Assembly (NCBI GenBank): GCA_964016885.1
Contig: OZ024753.1
Coordinates: forward strand, 34,100,001 to 34,164,000
Length of the DNA stretch: 64,000 nucleotides
DNA from: Eledone cirrhosa
Taxonomy: Eukaryota
Reading direction: 5' to 3'
This document shows positions 43,953-59,197 of this stretch, piece after piece. Position numbers and translations under genes: made by a program. Numbering within the stretch: the stretch's first letter is position 1; the number at the start of each line of letters is the position of its first letter. A model generated the notes under the pieces. It was given only the letters and a program-made list of their open reading frames with translations, ran no database searches and had not been told where the DNA came from.

Positions 43953-44114
43953 ATAATTATTATGTTGCATCATCATGAAGATAAATAGGTTTAAACAGTT
44001 AAAAGCAATCCATGTCAGTCGTATAAATTCAGCATTGTGATAGCGATTAAACTCAACAGAGTTTTCATGCACGAAACAAGGTTGAGATAGATGTTATGTT
44101 TGCATAATTGTATT

Positions 44115-44209
44115 TATCAAATTATACGTATTTCAAACACATGGTCGGTAGTTACTATGTAATGGTTAAATAACCAACTGGCACTGGTATGACATCATCA
44201 GACGTTAAC
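44115..44209 (-). ncRNA. Degenerate hammerhead motif
   Basis: Reverse complement reads CTGATGA...GAAA-tacgta-TA with a weak stem I; ACTC-tgtt-GAGT hairpin downstream. Confidence 0.5.
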
Positions 44210-47200
44210 ACAATATATATATATATATATTAATAGAGAGAATATATATATATATATAACTTATAGTTACGATAAAAGAATGATCTCCGTTTACAATATA
44301 TATATATATATGAGCGGGGAGGGGTCATTTTGGATATTGAGTATTTAGTTCCTAATAGAGGAGCGTGTGGAGACGAATAGCAGGTTAATTGGAGGTAAGC
44401 AGAAGCAGAAAGGTGTTGTAAAGGGTGTGTGAAGAGGTTAGTTTATGTGTGGGGGTGAGTGAGAAGAAAAGTCAAAAGATGTGGAGTATGTGTTTGTCTT
44501 TTTCTTGAGGAATGTGAAAGAATCAATAATATCAACGACAATAACAACAAAACAACAATAATATCATCAACAACAACAATATCAACAACAACAACAGCAA
44601 TAATATCAACAATAATGCCAACAACAGCAACAATAATATCAATAACAACAACAACATTTGCATCAACAACAGCAATAATATCAACAATAAGAATAACAAC
44701 AGCAATAACAGCAAAATTAATTATTTCTCAAATAAGACACAAAAGGTCACTGTGGAAATAAGTTCTGGTTCTAATTCAATTAATGGAGTCAGTCACATGA
44801 TTTTGTTTCTAATATTTTTTTTCTTGAATTTTTATTTTTTGTTCTTTGAGTTCAATTTTTGTAAAGGTTTCTATTTAAATTTCTTTCTTGGAGAGAATTT
44901 CCATCATTTTTATTGTGTTTAATGTAATTACATGTGTGAAGCTCTCTTTACCTCTCTCTCCCTCCATCTCCCCCTCTCTATCCCTCTCTCCCTTCAAATC
45001 TCTCTTGGATTTTAAGGATCTCTTTGAAATAAGAAACCACTTACCAATGACTATGTAGGAAACAATTTTTGTTTGTTTTGTTTCTTTCATTCTTTATTTG
45101 TTGTTTTTTTCCCCCACTCTATGAGCATTACAACTGCAGAGGCATCAAAACGTAACTGCAAAAACTAAAGTAGACATTCCATTGACTACCTACATAGAAT
45201 GGTCTATAAAAACAAATTTAAAAAAAGGCCAGAGGCCATAAAAACTGAAGTCACAAGAAAAAATAAGGCACCGAATTCTAACGAATATGAAAAGGATCAA
45301 AAACCAGTTTTTTTTCTGAAGCAGATATTTAACCTTATATATATATATATATTTCATGTAAGGCAAATGAGAGAGAAAGAAAAAATGAATGGCATAAATT
45401 ATAAATTTCTTGAAAGCATCTTTCAGAGATGCGTATTAAGGTTTGTGGTGATCATGATAATTATGATGGTGATGACGAGGATATGGAAGTGTAGTTGGGG
45501 TAAAAAGGGGATGAAAAGGATTATGATGGTATAATCAGGAATGATTATATCCATATCGATTGCTATCGGTATTATCATTATCAATGTCACATCTGTAACA
45601 AACGAACAGTAAAATAGCCATCATCATTATTATCGTCGTTAACTTTGCCTTTCATCCTTACGGGGTCAATAAAATAAAGCACCAGTAATACACTGGAGTA
45701 ATTGCCAAAAGTAGAAAGAATTATTGTCGTTGTCATCATTGTCACGGACGTCATTATGATCAGTAGCACTGTGAATATTGTCCTTAAGTTCATCATCTTT
45801 AAAAGAAGCAGGGAAGGGGATAAAAAGAAAAAATACATTATATGGTGTTATAGCAGGTAAAAAAAATTACATATGAATATGTCGCAATGTACATATATAT
45901 GTATATACATACATATGTACATATGTATGTATTTGCATACGTGTGTATGTATGTACTCGTATTGTTAGGGTGTCAGAAATAATGTTTTGTAGTTTTTGTT
46001 CCCACCCTCTGTATTCTGAGTTCAAATCCTGCCAGGGGTCAACTTTGGCTTTCAGATTTTTCTTTTTTTTTTTTATCTTGATCCTGATTTTTTTTTTTCC
46101 CGAAGTCAGTCAATTAAATATAAGTACAGGAAGATGGAAATCTAAAATTGTGAAATTACTATAGTGGCTATGTGTCAAGAGTTCAAATCCTGTGGTAACT
46201 TTTCTGTAGTACCCGCAATGAAAAATCAATGGAAACATAGTTTCCATGAACAATCCGGAAAATAACCTTTTTATTCTTTTCCTTTCATTTCCTAATGACA
46301 TTTTCTCACCGTTGAAGGCATAGAATTGAATTATTCAAGTAATTTCTGCAGCCCAGAGTTAGAGAATTTGCCATATCAATATCAGTTTTTTTTTAATATT
46401 GTGTTTGTGGTGTTTTGTTTTTTTGTGGGAATCTATTATTTAAATTTTCCTCAGCCATTTTCCATATAATATTCTATTCTAAAGAATATTAGTATTAATA
46501 ATATGGTATGGTATTGACCCCTAACTCCTGGGAGAAGGGTTGTAGAGGTGCCATATCGCTATACAGCGTTTCTTAAAGCATTTGTAAACCTGGCTGAACC
46601 CATCTCCTCTCCAGGTCTGAGTACAACAGATTTCTTCCAGAGAGGAATGCAGAGTGAGTGTAATGAAGTGAGAAAGATATATAGAGGAAGAATCGATCCC
46701 AGTACTAGCCTGAAAAGCAAATTTTACCTCTCTGCTCAGAAAGCGGAGAACCAGAACTAATGCCACAAAGCACTCTATCTGACCTTCTAACGACTCTGCC
46801 AATTCGCCGCCTTAATAATATACACATTTTAAAATAAATGTAATCCTAGAAGATCACGATCATGCCCTTGACTGTTCAGTATATAAGAATTAGTATTGTT
46901 CCGATCGGTTTGCTAAATGTCACATAGTTTTCTTACAAGTTGTGTTAAAGTCTCTCATCGGTTGATATTTAGGATATTGTTTCACTTGAAAAGAGTTGCA
47001 TGTAACATTTCTGAGAGATCAAAAAATACAGAATGAAGAGTTGCTGATGTCAATCTTATATAGAAACATCTACGTATCTGCATTGTCGAGATGATAGAGA
47101 ATATAAAGATAGGTGGGTGGAGATTATCGAAATAAATACTTGTGACATCTAATTTGGTGTGTCGTGAATCCTATTGCCTTCAATAGAATTTATGAATCAA

Positions 47201-47261
47201 AAACGAATACACGTTATTAACTAAACTCCGTCACTTCAAAAGCTAGAAAAGTAATGAAAAA

Positions 47262-47438
47262 ATAATTGTTTCTACTTTAGGCACAAGGCCAGCAAATACC
47301 CAGTGCATTACTCGTACTTTATTTTATCGACCCCGTAAGGATGAAAGGCAAAGTCAACCTCGGCGGGATTTGAACTCAGATTGTAAAGGGACGTAACTAT
47401 GCTGGAAAGCATGGCGTCCGACCCTCTACTGATACTGC
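47262..47438 (-). mobile_element. tRNA-derived SINE
   Basis: Nearly identical to 54055-54238; the reverse complement has B-box gagttcaaatccc. Confidence 0.87.
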
Positions 47439-47689
47439 AAAAATAATGATGCCTTTTTTTTCATATAAGTCCTATTATTAAAGTGACATATAAAGTTGAC
47501 TGCTCTTGGCACATGATATGCAGTAGATCTAGACAGCAGACATCGGAAAGAATATTTTGCAGTATCCGTTCCAGCTCTATACATTCTTGGTTCCAAAAAG
47601 ACCACCGAGGCCAACTTTGCCTATCATCCTTTCAAAGTTGATAAATATATTACGAGACATGTACTGAGGTGGGGGTCGATTTTACTTCT

Positions 47690-47758
<69 letters not shown>

Positions 47759-48001
47759 TCTCCCTCTCTTGCTCTATCACTCACCCTTTCACTCTGTTTC
47801 TCTCTCTCTCTCTCTTACTTTCTTCCTTTGGAAGAAACTGGCTGTTTACATATCTGGACCAGTTTTTAATGCGCAAGACAAGCCGTATATTATTAACATG
47901 CCTCTATAGCTCCATCAACCATCAACGACAACCATGGTAACAATGGTATATATTATATTCAGTTTGCAATAGCAGGGTTATTATATATATATACAAACAC
48001 A

Positions 48002-48099
48002 CAGGGTGTCACAAAAAATGTATACACACTTTAACAGTATTCTAATAAATATTGCCGGTACAGGTAATCAGAGTGTATACATTTTTAGAGAACACCCTG
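48002..48099. mobile_element. Tc1/mariner-type MITE
   Basis: CAGGGTG..aaaaatgtatacac / gtgtatacattttt..CACCCTG. Confidence 0.72.
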
Positions 48100-48673
48100 T
48101 GTGTATATATATATATATATATTCTTTCAATACATGTCTTTAAGACAACAGAATATCAGAAAAACAACCACACTAACTTTAATTAGTAAAACTTTGTTAT
48201 CAGAGAAAGTCTTCCCTTGTCAATAAAACATCACACTTATTCTGTGTTTGGCCGATTGAGAATATTCGTTTAATTCACAGTTTTCAATATGTTTGAACGT
48301 TTTCTTGAATGAATGTGAGAAAACTAACTAGAAATATAGTGATTTGAATTGGAACAGTTTTGAAAGGAAAACTAATAAGCTAACATATTACACTGAAATG
48401 AAGTAAGAAAATACACCAAAATGAATGTTTTTTGTTCTCTAGACAGAACGTTCTTACATTCAATATAATTTAATATGAGTTCGGTGTAAGAATAGAACAT
48501 CAATCTGTAATAATATAGCATGCCACGTATTGGTATATATATATATATATATACTGTGTATATATATATATATACATATACTGTGTAGATATATATATAT
48601 ATATATATACTGTGTGTATATATATATATATACATATACATATACTGTGTAGATACATATACTGTGTAGATAT

Positions 48674-48728
<55 letters not shown>

Positions 48729-48770
48729 TATATATATATATACACATATATATATATATATACACATATA

Positions 48771-48860
<90 letters not shown>

Positions 48861-48869
<9 letters not shown>

Positions 48870-48954
48870 ACTAAGAGTAGGCAACAAACTGGCTGGAAGG
48901 CAGCACTTCCTTCTCCACCATGATTTCTCCTTCCAAATGAAACTTGTGTGTGTG

Positions 48955-49004
<50 letters not shown>

Positions 49005-49345
49005 AGTTTCATTTGGAAGGCGAAATCATGGTGGAGAACGAAGTGCTGCCTTCCAGCCAGTTTGTTGTCTGCTCTTAGTATACACCTGTAAACTTGAGGA
49101 GGACAACTGGGAAAGGGGATGTATTCTGATGGTCAAAGTGACTGTCGCTTTTTGTGGGCTTCTCCATAAATGACCCTCAGAAATCCCACTTTAGGGAATT
49201 TATTTTGTTTGAATTTTTTACATTTTTCTTTGTCTCCTTGTTTTTGTTAAAACTTTTTTTCACGCTAAACCCCCACTGTGCCATCCTGTACCGTCCTTAA
49301 TGTTTTCTTAATGTAAGCCCTGTATGGCTAATAAAAAAACCATTA
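48861..49345 (+). mobile_element. 5'-truncated Tx1-like LINE 3' end with inverted duplication of its 5' part
   Basis: From 49003 it translates [20 protein letters not shown], similar to the ORF2 C-terminus YHFGRRIRMEREVLGPRQF. It ends gccctgtatggctaataaa + (ATT)n. 48861-48950 is an inverted copy. Confidence 0.68.
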
Positions 49346-49785
49346 TTTTACTATTATTATTACTATTATTATTATTATTATTATTACTATTATTAATTAT
49401 TAGTCGTATATCTATTACTTATATATAAATGAGTGGGGTGTCTTATTTATATACATGTATTTGTTGTAATTCTTACATCCATTTAATTCTAAGTTAAAAG
49501 GCGAACAATTTTCATATTAGATTAGAGAGAGAAACTACTGACATCAGAATGAGCTTCTATGAAGATGTTAAATTTAGCATCAAGTGAATTTAATTGTAAT
49601 TGTAGCGGAAACAGCTTTGGAAAGAAAAGAAAATCAAATTATTGTTGTCTGGTTGCGCTTATTTGAAGACCCATACATTGTTATGTCCACTGGAAGTACC
49701 AAAACTCTATCAGAGAATATTTCCATTGACATTACTGACACCACTAAGATAAAATATAAATTAACATAGATGTCTTTCGCTACAG

Positions 49786-49821
49786 GCAAATATTATTGAT
49801 TTAAATTATGACAAGTGGGAG
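49786..49821 (+). CDS. Candidate 36-nt host exon (ANIIDLNYDKWE)
   Basis: tgtctttcgctacAG|...GAG|GTAAGT, open in phase 0. Confidence 0.35.
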
Positions 49822-50085
49822 GTAAGTTTCCATCAGACGTACTTCAAATAAACAATCAAGTAAACTTAAAATAGGCCCTCTGTTTACAAGGCTGGTGGGC
49901 ATCTCTGAGATCTAATTGTACTTAGAATGGAATGAACAATAATACAGTTAAAATGTGTAAAGAGATTCGGGGAAATATGCTAAGAGTTGTTAGTGCAATG
50001 GCTAGAAAGTGTTGCAGTGTTCGTTTTAACTATGTGCTTTATGATTTTGAAGTCCACAAGATGAAATTGGCTTTTATTTTTTCAG

Positions 50086-50090
50086 GATCG
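50086..50090 (+). CDS. Candidate 5-nt microexon
   Basis: cttttattttttCAG|GATCG|GTAAGT. Confidence 0.3.
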
Positions 50091-52917
50091 GTAAGTAAAC
50101 TACAAACTCAGTGTTAGTGCGGCTTTCGCTCACTTCAGCTATCACATCCTGGATACTCTGCTGGATCAAAAGTGGGAGTTTTAAGAGGGTGTCTACATCT
50201 ACTCACATTACATATACACATAAAATTATTAGTGAAAACAAGTTATAGTCAAATGGGTTACTGATATCAAGAACAACAGCATTTCTTTCTGTAAACTCCT
50301 CACCAAGTTCTTCAATATTTCCCTCTATATAAGAAATTATCCAAATTTCCAAGAATTCGTTATAATATCGCCCATCTTTTACAGCATCAACATCCCTGAA
50401 AAGGGCTGATCTACAGATTTAACATCTAACATACTAAAAATGGTTCCAAAGGGCCTGAGTCATCTCGAAGCTGTGGTAAAAGACACCCAATGTGCCATGG
50501 AGTGAAACCGAACCCAAATTCATGTAATTAGGAAGCAAACTTCTCAACCACAAGAAAATAAAGAAAGTAAACTTTATGGAACTTTAAAGAAGACTGAATA
50601 AATTTTCTCCAACTAAGCACTGTAATAAAATTAACGTGTGTATTCCTTATGCAATACTAAAAATCAACTTCACTTCATAACAACTGAATTCTGGAGAGGT
50701 TACTAAACTAGAGCTGTTGGTTGAATATGATTCTCTTTCCCATCTGGCAGAGAGATGTGGTTAGCTTTTGGAGAGCGAAGAGTGCTGAATGTTACTTTGC
50801 AAAGTATTGAGAAAGTTTGGTTTGTTAGACATGGCTTAATTTAATATTTTTTCAGTAACAGACATAGTCTGTGTTTTATTTTTATTTTGAAATTTTGTTA
50901 TTGTTGTTGTTGTTTTTGTTGGGGCTTTTTATGAGTTTTACTTCTTCTTTTTTTAATTAATTTGATAATGTCGAAAGGGGACAAGCAGAAAAAGAATCTA
51001 AAATTGTGAAATCTATATTGAGGAGAATTAAGATGGTGATTATTTCGATTGTGGTAAAGGTGATGACTATGATGCTGATTGTAGTGGAGGGAAGGCTGAT
51101 GAAGAGAATCATGATTCTAATGAAAGCTACCATAATGACTATGATCATGATTATCTAGATTATATTGAACATTTTGTCTTTTTTGCATTTATTTTGGCCT
51201 CAGGCATTTCATTATCTTCATTTTTCATAATTTTTAAATCTAAAAACATCTTTTTTTTTATTGTTTCTGTTCACTTTTATGCATTGTTACTGATGAGTTT
51301 AAAACCATTTTGAAATACAAACCTCATTTGTTTTGTATCTCCTCATTCCCACCTCTGAATAACAGTATTTTCTCGAATTACCACCTTTAGAGTTAATAAA
51401 CTATTTGTTCCATGCAACAACAAAGAACTTCCAATTTTCGAACAAAATGACAAACGCCACAAAGGAGGAACAAAAAATCTTAACTTTTTCATTGTAATAT
51501 TTTTAATGAAATACACAGCTCGTGATTTTCCTTATCATTTTGAAAATAATCAAGAATTTGCAGGGATCTAACAATATAACTAACTTCCTTATTAGCACTA
51601 TAACTAACAATTGTATTATCAAGCTAGTATTTGAAGTATAACATGGAGGTTCTTAAATAAAATTATGATGGAAGGTTTTTAGATAAATATAGACAGTTTA
51701 AAATGAACAGCATTGTTTCATAGAACCAGGAGTGCCCTTAGATAGTTTCATATAAAAAACAAATAGAAGAAATACTCTCAGCAAAATAATAATAAAATCA
51801 CAGATTGGCATGAAATCGACCACCAACACAATGCCAATCTCTGAGCTACAAACGAACTGTCTCGTTTTTCTGTCTCTTCTTCTACGTCTCTTAGCTGTTA
51901 TCATCTCACCAGTACTCATGGACTTCCTAACTTACTTATGTCCCCTTATAGTGCCTAGCCTCATCCTCTAGCCATCGCATTGACCCATTATACCTAGACC
52001 TTCCTTTCCAGAACGTCAACCATTTGAAATTCCGTCCTTTACTATGGTTTTTAGAGTCGTTGTTTTTTTAGCAACAAGAGTCATATAAAGTAGAATTGTG
52101 TATAGAAGAGTCTTGTAAAGTGTTGCTGTATGTCAAACGGAGCTAGAAGGCTGTATTTTTCAGATAATGCAATACCAATATCCACAATATCACCAGATGT
52201 ATTCTGGGGCTTTATATTCTGAGTTCAAATCCCACCAAGGTCCTCTTTGCCTTTCATCGTTCCAGGGTCAATAACATAAAATACCAGAAAAACAGTACTG
52301 AGGTTGTTTAACGAATGTTGCCCTTTAAGCAAATTTGTTGTCCTTGTACCTGAATTTGAAATCAATATTACAAGAATTATCACTTTTTCTTTTCTTATTT
52401 AAAATTTCAAATATATTTTGTTAATGTATTTTGAAAGCAATGACGGAAAATAAAGTAAGAATATGAATTTTTACAAATCAATTATTTTAATGGGGATATT
52501 GTGGCCGTTGGAATAGTGGTGAATATTGAGGTGAAAACACTGATATGAAAAGACTGGTGTAGGTTCTGTTAAGAATGATCCATTTACGAGTTGATTTTAT
52601 ACTTCCTTTATTACCTAATAGACCATAAAACCAACAATTGGAACCAACTTTTAATATTCAGCGGAAGTACAGTCAGTTGAGGGTGAACTATCTCCTATAA
52701 TTATGCAGACGCTGAAGTGTTCTATTTTGGTAGAAATCAAAAATATCATGTTTGCATGGTCAAATATAGAAAACAGAATACACGAACGATATCGAAATGT
52801 CTTGGTTTATGGTTTGCTGATATGGTAATCGCTAGCTACAAACACACATATACACTCACACACACATACCTATATTTCTATATGTGGGTGTGTGCATATG
52901 TATGTGTGTGTGTATGC

Positions 52918-52961
<44 letters not shown>

Positions 52962-54005
52962 TTAACTTTTTCACTAAAAGGAAATCTGCATTCACTTCTC
53001 TTTATTCCTAAAGTCTTCCACGCATACACACACAAATATATATGCATAAATACATACAAATACATACATATACATAAATACATACATATATACTATATAT
53101 ACATGCATACATTCATATAAACATATATATATATATATACACACACATATATATATGCATACATATATACATATATATATAGCTTATGTATAACAGACAA
53201 TTGTATACACATATGAACCAATATACGCATTATTATAGTCGCGCATGTGTGTGTGTGTTTGTATGTGTGTTTATGTGTGTGTGTATATCACGGTGAAAAT
53301 GATTTGATCATATGGCTGAGATCGAACTTTTATGTTGCTTTTCAGAGAGCTCAATAGTTTAGCCACTTAGTTTACCTCAATGCCTTTCACCAATGAATAA
53401 ATATATTCTCATGCCGATATATTCGTAACGAATATTTATTTTTCTCGTTCTTTGTTTTCTTTGGTGAGGCTAAGAATTAAGCAGGATTTAATAGTCTTTA
53501 CCACGTGTGTTTATCTTTCTCTTAATGGTGAAAAATACGGAAAACAATATGAAAACTCGCTTTGATATCATTATGAACTTTTACTGCGATCATATGTTTT
53601 ATTGATCAAGAAAATAAATATTTGATCCTGGAAATGCACAATAGGCAATGTAGAAGCTAGGATAAAGGCCGACTTGGCTGCTTCATAAATCTCATAACAA
53701 TATCTAACTTATTTGTTGAGATTGAGTTTACAATATATGGAACATCTTCAAAGAAGAAAAGCAGACATTCCCAAGATGTTCGATAAATAATTGTTTATGA
53801 ACGTGGAGCCCATGGCAAAAGACATTCAAATTCTGCCGTGTCGATCATAAATGTAAATACAGGAGAAAGAAACAGTATAGTCAAAAATCGCCTGAAATTA
53901 TAAATAAAACAATCAAACTCTCGAAAAATGTTTCTTTACAAAGTATCTTGAAATGAGGAGGTGATGCACACACGTATATATATAATTCTATATATATATA
54001 TATGC

Positions 54006-54038
<33 letters not shown>

Positions 54039-54054
54039 CACCTGGTGTAATAAT

Positions 54055-54238
54055 TGTTTCTACTTTTTGGCACAAGGCCAGCAAATACCCAGTGCATTAC
54101 TGGTACTTTATTTTATCGACCCCGTAAGGATGAAAGGCAAAGTCAACCTCAGCGGGATTTGAACTCAGATCGTAAAGGGACGTAACTATGCTGGAAAGCA
54201 TGGCGTCCGACCCTCTACCGATACTGCCAATCCACCAT
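54055..54238 (-). mobile_element. tRNA-derived SINE with 12-bp TSD
   Basis: Reverse complement has A-box tggcagtatcgg and B-box gagttcaaatcc; TSD tggtgtaataat at 54043 and 54239. Confidence 0.9.
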
Positions 54239-56028
54239 TGGTGTAATAATGAAAGAAAAATAGTTTTTCACATAGGCAGTTTGTTTTCATAATGATTCAG
54301 GATAAATTGCTTTATACATTTATATAAATATGTAAAATCTATAATATTAAACACTTTGTTGATTATCTAGAATAAATCTTATTAATTTGGGATAACATAT
54401 ACAAACTATATATGACAGCAATAGCAATCTTAGATTATTTATTGCTCAGAATTTGTATGTGGTTAAACAACAAACACCACAACCACATGGCCGTGTTTGT
54501 TCCCTTGAACATTTACGAATATTACATCTATATATGTATATATGGACTCGTAACTCCCATCATAATATACGTGGTTCCATCATTACATATATGTCTTTAG
54601 CACTTTAAATCTGGCGGAGCCCATCACCTCTTCAGGTGTGAACACTACATATTTTTCCAGAGAAGGAGAGAAGGAAGGAGCAAGAGAAAGAGATAAGAAA
54701 TGACAACAAGATAGAGAAAAAAAGTCAATCCCAGTACTATGCTGGTACTTTTTTTATTGACCTCGAAAAGATGAAAGGCAAAGGTGTCCTCAGCACAGAG
54801 ACCTGAAACGAATACTGCAAAGTATATTATCCGACGTTCTAACAACTTTGCCAATTTGTCGCCCACATCTATATATATTTAAAAAATTAGCAGAATTTAC
54901 GGATAGAGAAGTAGTAGCAAGTTTACTGTTGTAGAAACCTTGTTTTTTAACACTGATTGTACCTTTCTCTCTCAATTCATTTATATTAAAATATTTTAAT
55001 GTAATGTCAACTGTGAGGTGTCATAATACTTATTTGGATCTAAATTCGAAGCTAAATAATAATTTCTCTTTAACACATTTTTGTTTTTTTGTTTATGAAA
55101 AAAGAAATTCTAAGTCTTGATCGTTAATCTCTGCTTAAATATACGATATGTATAGACTGCAGGCAATAACTGCCTTTCGGAATAAATAATAAACAAGGAT
55201 TCTAAGCCAAAGTTATTGACAATTATAATTGAAAGTGAAGTATGGCTTCTGCAACTGTAATGCTTCATATTATAGTGAGGGTATAAACCTTCTGTTGAAT
55301 ATAGAATCTATCAAGTTATGAAATCGTAGCCTTCGGTGAAAAACTATACATTCAAATTTGACTTCCATAATAAAGAAATTGTCATTGCTTACCAAAATAA
55401 AGTAATAAAGAATACGTGCATAAAATTAATAAAAAAAAAAAAAAACATTAATATAAAATGTCAGAAATATCCAATAATTATGAAATTATTTTCAGAATTC
55501 CTATTTTATTGTGCAATCTCAACAAAGTTCCTAATCATAAAAAATATTTAAATGTTTCCTTGGCTAAGCATCTTTCTGGCGCTATATTGAGATATGGCAT
55601 GCAATATCTGTTTAAAATACAGAGGTAAATGATTAAATAAAAATACATGTATAACTTTAACGGAATATAAATCATAAAGCTATGTCGTTTGCTAGCTAAA
55701 TGCCATGTAGTAACAAATGAAAACTGCAAAATATTTTGCTGTAGGTAATATATTTATTGAATTTATTCTATAAAGAAAAAAAGAAACCTAGAGAAAAAGT
55801 ATCTTTGTTTTTATTAACTTCGACTTGACTTCACATGTAAAGTAGTAAGCTGATATTTAATGCAGCATAAGAAATATTTTATAATATCTAATACTACATT
55901 AACAACAAACGAAAATGACGAAGAAGTTCTTATTGGTCATTTTCAGAAATTGCATATTTTCTTACGTCTATTTTCTGAAATCTTCATATATTTTCAATTT
56001 CCTCCTACAACTTATGGTGCATGCCTCC

Positions 56029-56081
<53 letters not shown>

Positions 56082-58092
56082 CGTTTCTGTCACCATCATT
56101 ATCATCATCACCATTATCACTATCATCATCACTATCATCTTCATCATCAAAATCTAGTGTTTAGCATAGTATAATAATTATTTCATTGCCTTAGATTAGA
56201 GCAAGGATGCAAAACCTTTTCAATCTCAAGACCCATTTTTAGCTAAATAAAAAATAATAATCAAGACTATCGGAGCTGTATAATTTATTATAAACAAAAA
56301 TACATACAAAAAAAATATGAATTTAGTAAACTTTTTCTTATCCAATGCAATTTTTTTTTTTTTATCTTATCTAAAATTACTTTAATATCCGAGTCATAAA
56401 TTGTGACTTTTATTTTATTACAAAAATTCAGATTTAATAAAATAAAATAAATAATTTCACAGTGCCTAAGAACCACTTGTGGCATGCTAATGACCCACAT
56501 GTATCCGAACTCTTCTATAGAGTAATCTGTCAGCATGTTACCTCTCTATTTCAATTTCAATTTCACATGGAAACAGTTAATGTATGTTTTTAAAGTCTGG
56601 AACACTTTGATACCTCAATCTAAGAATCAACAATAAATCTAACTAATGGTACTTTAGTTTTTTAGTTTACTTTACCCTTCCCAACCAAGGCTATACAAAA
56701 ATACATTGTTAGAGACGAAGTGTTTTACAAAAGATATATGGTTCTCATGCTGTTTGTAAATCCAAAGACACTTAACTTCGAAATCGCTTTATTTTTTAAT
56801 GAATATAATGAATATTTAGAGAATCAGAATACATATTTGATAATGTACCATATATACGATATATGTTATCAATGACAAAACCAAAAATTAGCCATATATA
56901 AATTAAAAATCCGTTGCTTCGAAATTAACCATAGTTGCTTCGAAATTAACCATATTTGCTTCATGAATAAGACAAACATGCCCTGAAATTTTAAAGAATT
57001 ACATTGAAACCTTTCGTTTACTTTTCTTCAATATTTTTACTTTGATGGAAATTTCATATGATAAGATGTCTCTAGAATATTCAACAATCCCTAATTTATT
57101 ATTAAATAATTTCAGCATCATATCATAGTAGCATCTTATATTATTATTCTTGTCTAATTATCTCAGTAATTAAAATTGAGCTATTTCGAGATAATTACCT
57201 TGTGTAATCAAATTAATTTAGTTACAATGTTATGTAGCCTCAGGTCAAATCTATCTTTACCAGCTATTACATTTTATATATTTTTACAAAATCTCTAAAG
57301 AGCTGTGAATATAAATACAATTTTAATATGTTTTAATGGAAACATAATATATTTTAGTTGATTCTGAATCAACATTGATTTGAATAAAAATATTAAATTG
57401 GTGAGCTTATTGCTATTAGGTGGTACGAGAAATTTCATATAAACAAAAACAAAATCGAAATAAATTCAACAACCTACGAAAATGACATATATATAGCAAA
57501 TATATCCAATGACAATTGTTAAATCTGTTAACACATTGGTAGTACAGCTGGTTATATACTCTATCTTGTAATTTAAAAGATTGTAGCTTAAAACATGGAA
57601 GTTACATTAAGGACATATTTTAATAATGAACATAATCTTCATTATACATCTTCATATTAAAAGTATAGATGCAAAAATGATGTCATGCTTACACTGCAAA
57701 ATGTAAACATAAGTCATAGAATTCAATCAAAATTTAAACTTAACATCTAACAATATATGAAAGAATAACATGCTCATGTATTACTGATTTTTAGTTACAA
57801 AACATAAGGAGGTCATTATATCCAAGTTCGCATTGTACTAGAGTAAATACAATAATAGAATTTTCAGTATGTGTATAGTGAGGGTTATAACAAGGTAAAC
57901 AGTTGTTTTCTTTGTTGAGAAATTTGTTACAATTGGTTATAATCAAGTGCCAGATTTAGGAAAAATGAGGCTCTGTGCTAGTTAAGTTATGAGGTCACAT
58001 TGAACGTTTGATATTTAAAAAACATTTGAAAAGTTTATCGTAAAAATTTTTTTGGCAGGAAGATAGGAGCCCTAGCCAACAGGGCCCTGTAC

Positions 58093-58321
58093 TTAACCCT
58101 TTAACATTTACATTACTCTATATATACTATTGTATTTTTGTGGTAAAGGCTTTATCTTACATAATTATCTCACATAATATTGAATCTATGAGCTTTTGAT
58201 ATTATTTATTTTGAGAATAAAACCTTTACATCAGTAAAAGTGGCCATTTATGGTCAGTTTGAAAAGAAAGAAGTGAGATAATTCTGGCCGGATATGGCCA
58301 GTTTAAATGCTAAAAGGTTGA
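58093..58321. mobile_element. piggyBac-type MITE
   Basis: TTAA-CCCTTTAACATT ... AATGCTAAAAGG-TTGA; an intact right end aatgctaaagggTTAA occurs in the partial copy at 60713-60780. Confidence 0.7.
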
Positions 58322-59029
58322 GCATACCTAAGCACAATGGTAAATCCAGCATTGGTTACAATGAAACTCTTCCTTAACAAAAGAATTAATGTTATCCAGC
58401 TCAGATTTCATATTTTCAGCTGCTTGTGTAAATGCCAGTAAAATGATGTACTGTTCCTGTTGTCAGTGATTACATGTTTTACATAGATGGGGTCCCATAT
58501 AACTCAATCTAATGGTTATATGATCAATACAATTAACATAAGTAGCAGTTCAATGTAGAGGTACTTGGTTATTCAATTGAATAAGATTTCTGACGATAAA
58601 AAACGTCACAGGAATACCACCTTAATTTATTTGGATGAGTATTTTACAGTGGAACGCCATTACGGCATTTGAACAATTGCTTAACAAATAGATTGCAATC
58701 GTGGGTTACAAGAAACAAAGCAAAGAGTTTTTAAATGAACATCATTTTGATTGAACAAGAAAAGACTATAAAAATATATAATGAAGAACCATAAATATGG
58801 GTAAGAAAAAAATTAGTTTCATTTCCTCTGCTGACAATACCAGACAAAAAAAAACGATACAGAATTTTTGTGTGGAATATTGTACGATCATTTTGTATCA
58901 TTATCATTTACCAAAACACACATACATACATACATACATACATATATACATATATATATAAATATATATATGTGTATATATATATATCATATATATATAT
59001 ATATGTGTATATATATATATTTATGTATG

Positions 59030-59101
<72 letters not shown>

Positions 59102-59165
59102 TATTAGTAATAATAACTACAGAAAAAAAATCAGAGAGGACTCAATATATGAAATATAAATATAT

Positions 59166-59197
<32 letters not shown>

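Noticed and set aside
49122-49180. CTGATGG...GAAA-tccc..ggga as a hammerhead
   Set aside because: A9 and U16.1 are missing; better explained as a hairpin in a LINE 3' UTR.
54140-54238. tRNA gene calls from A/B boxes
   Set aside because: These are SINE heads fused to a repeated body with TSDs, and they lack a full cloverleaf.
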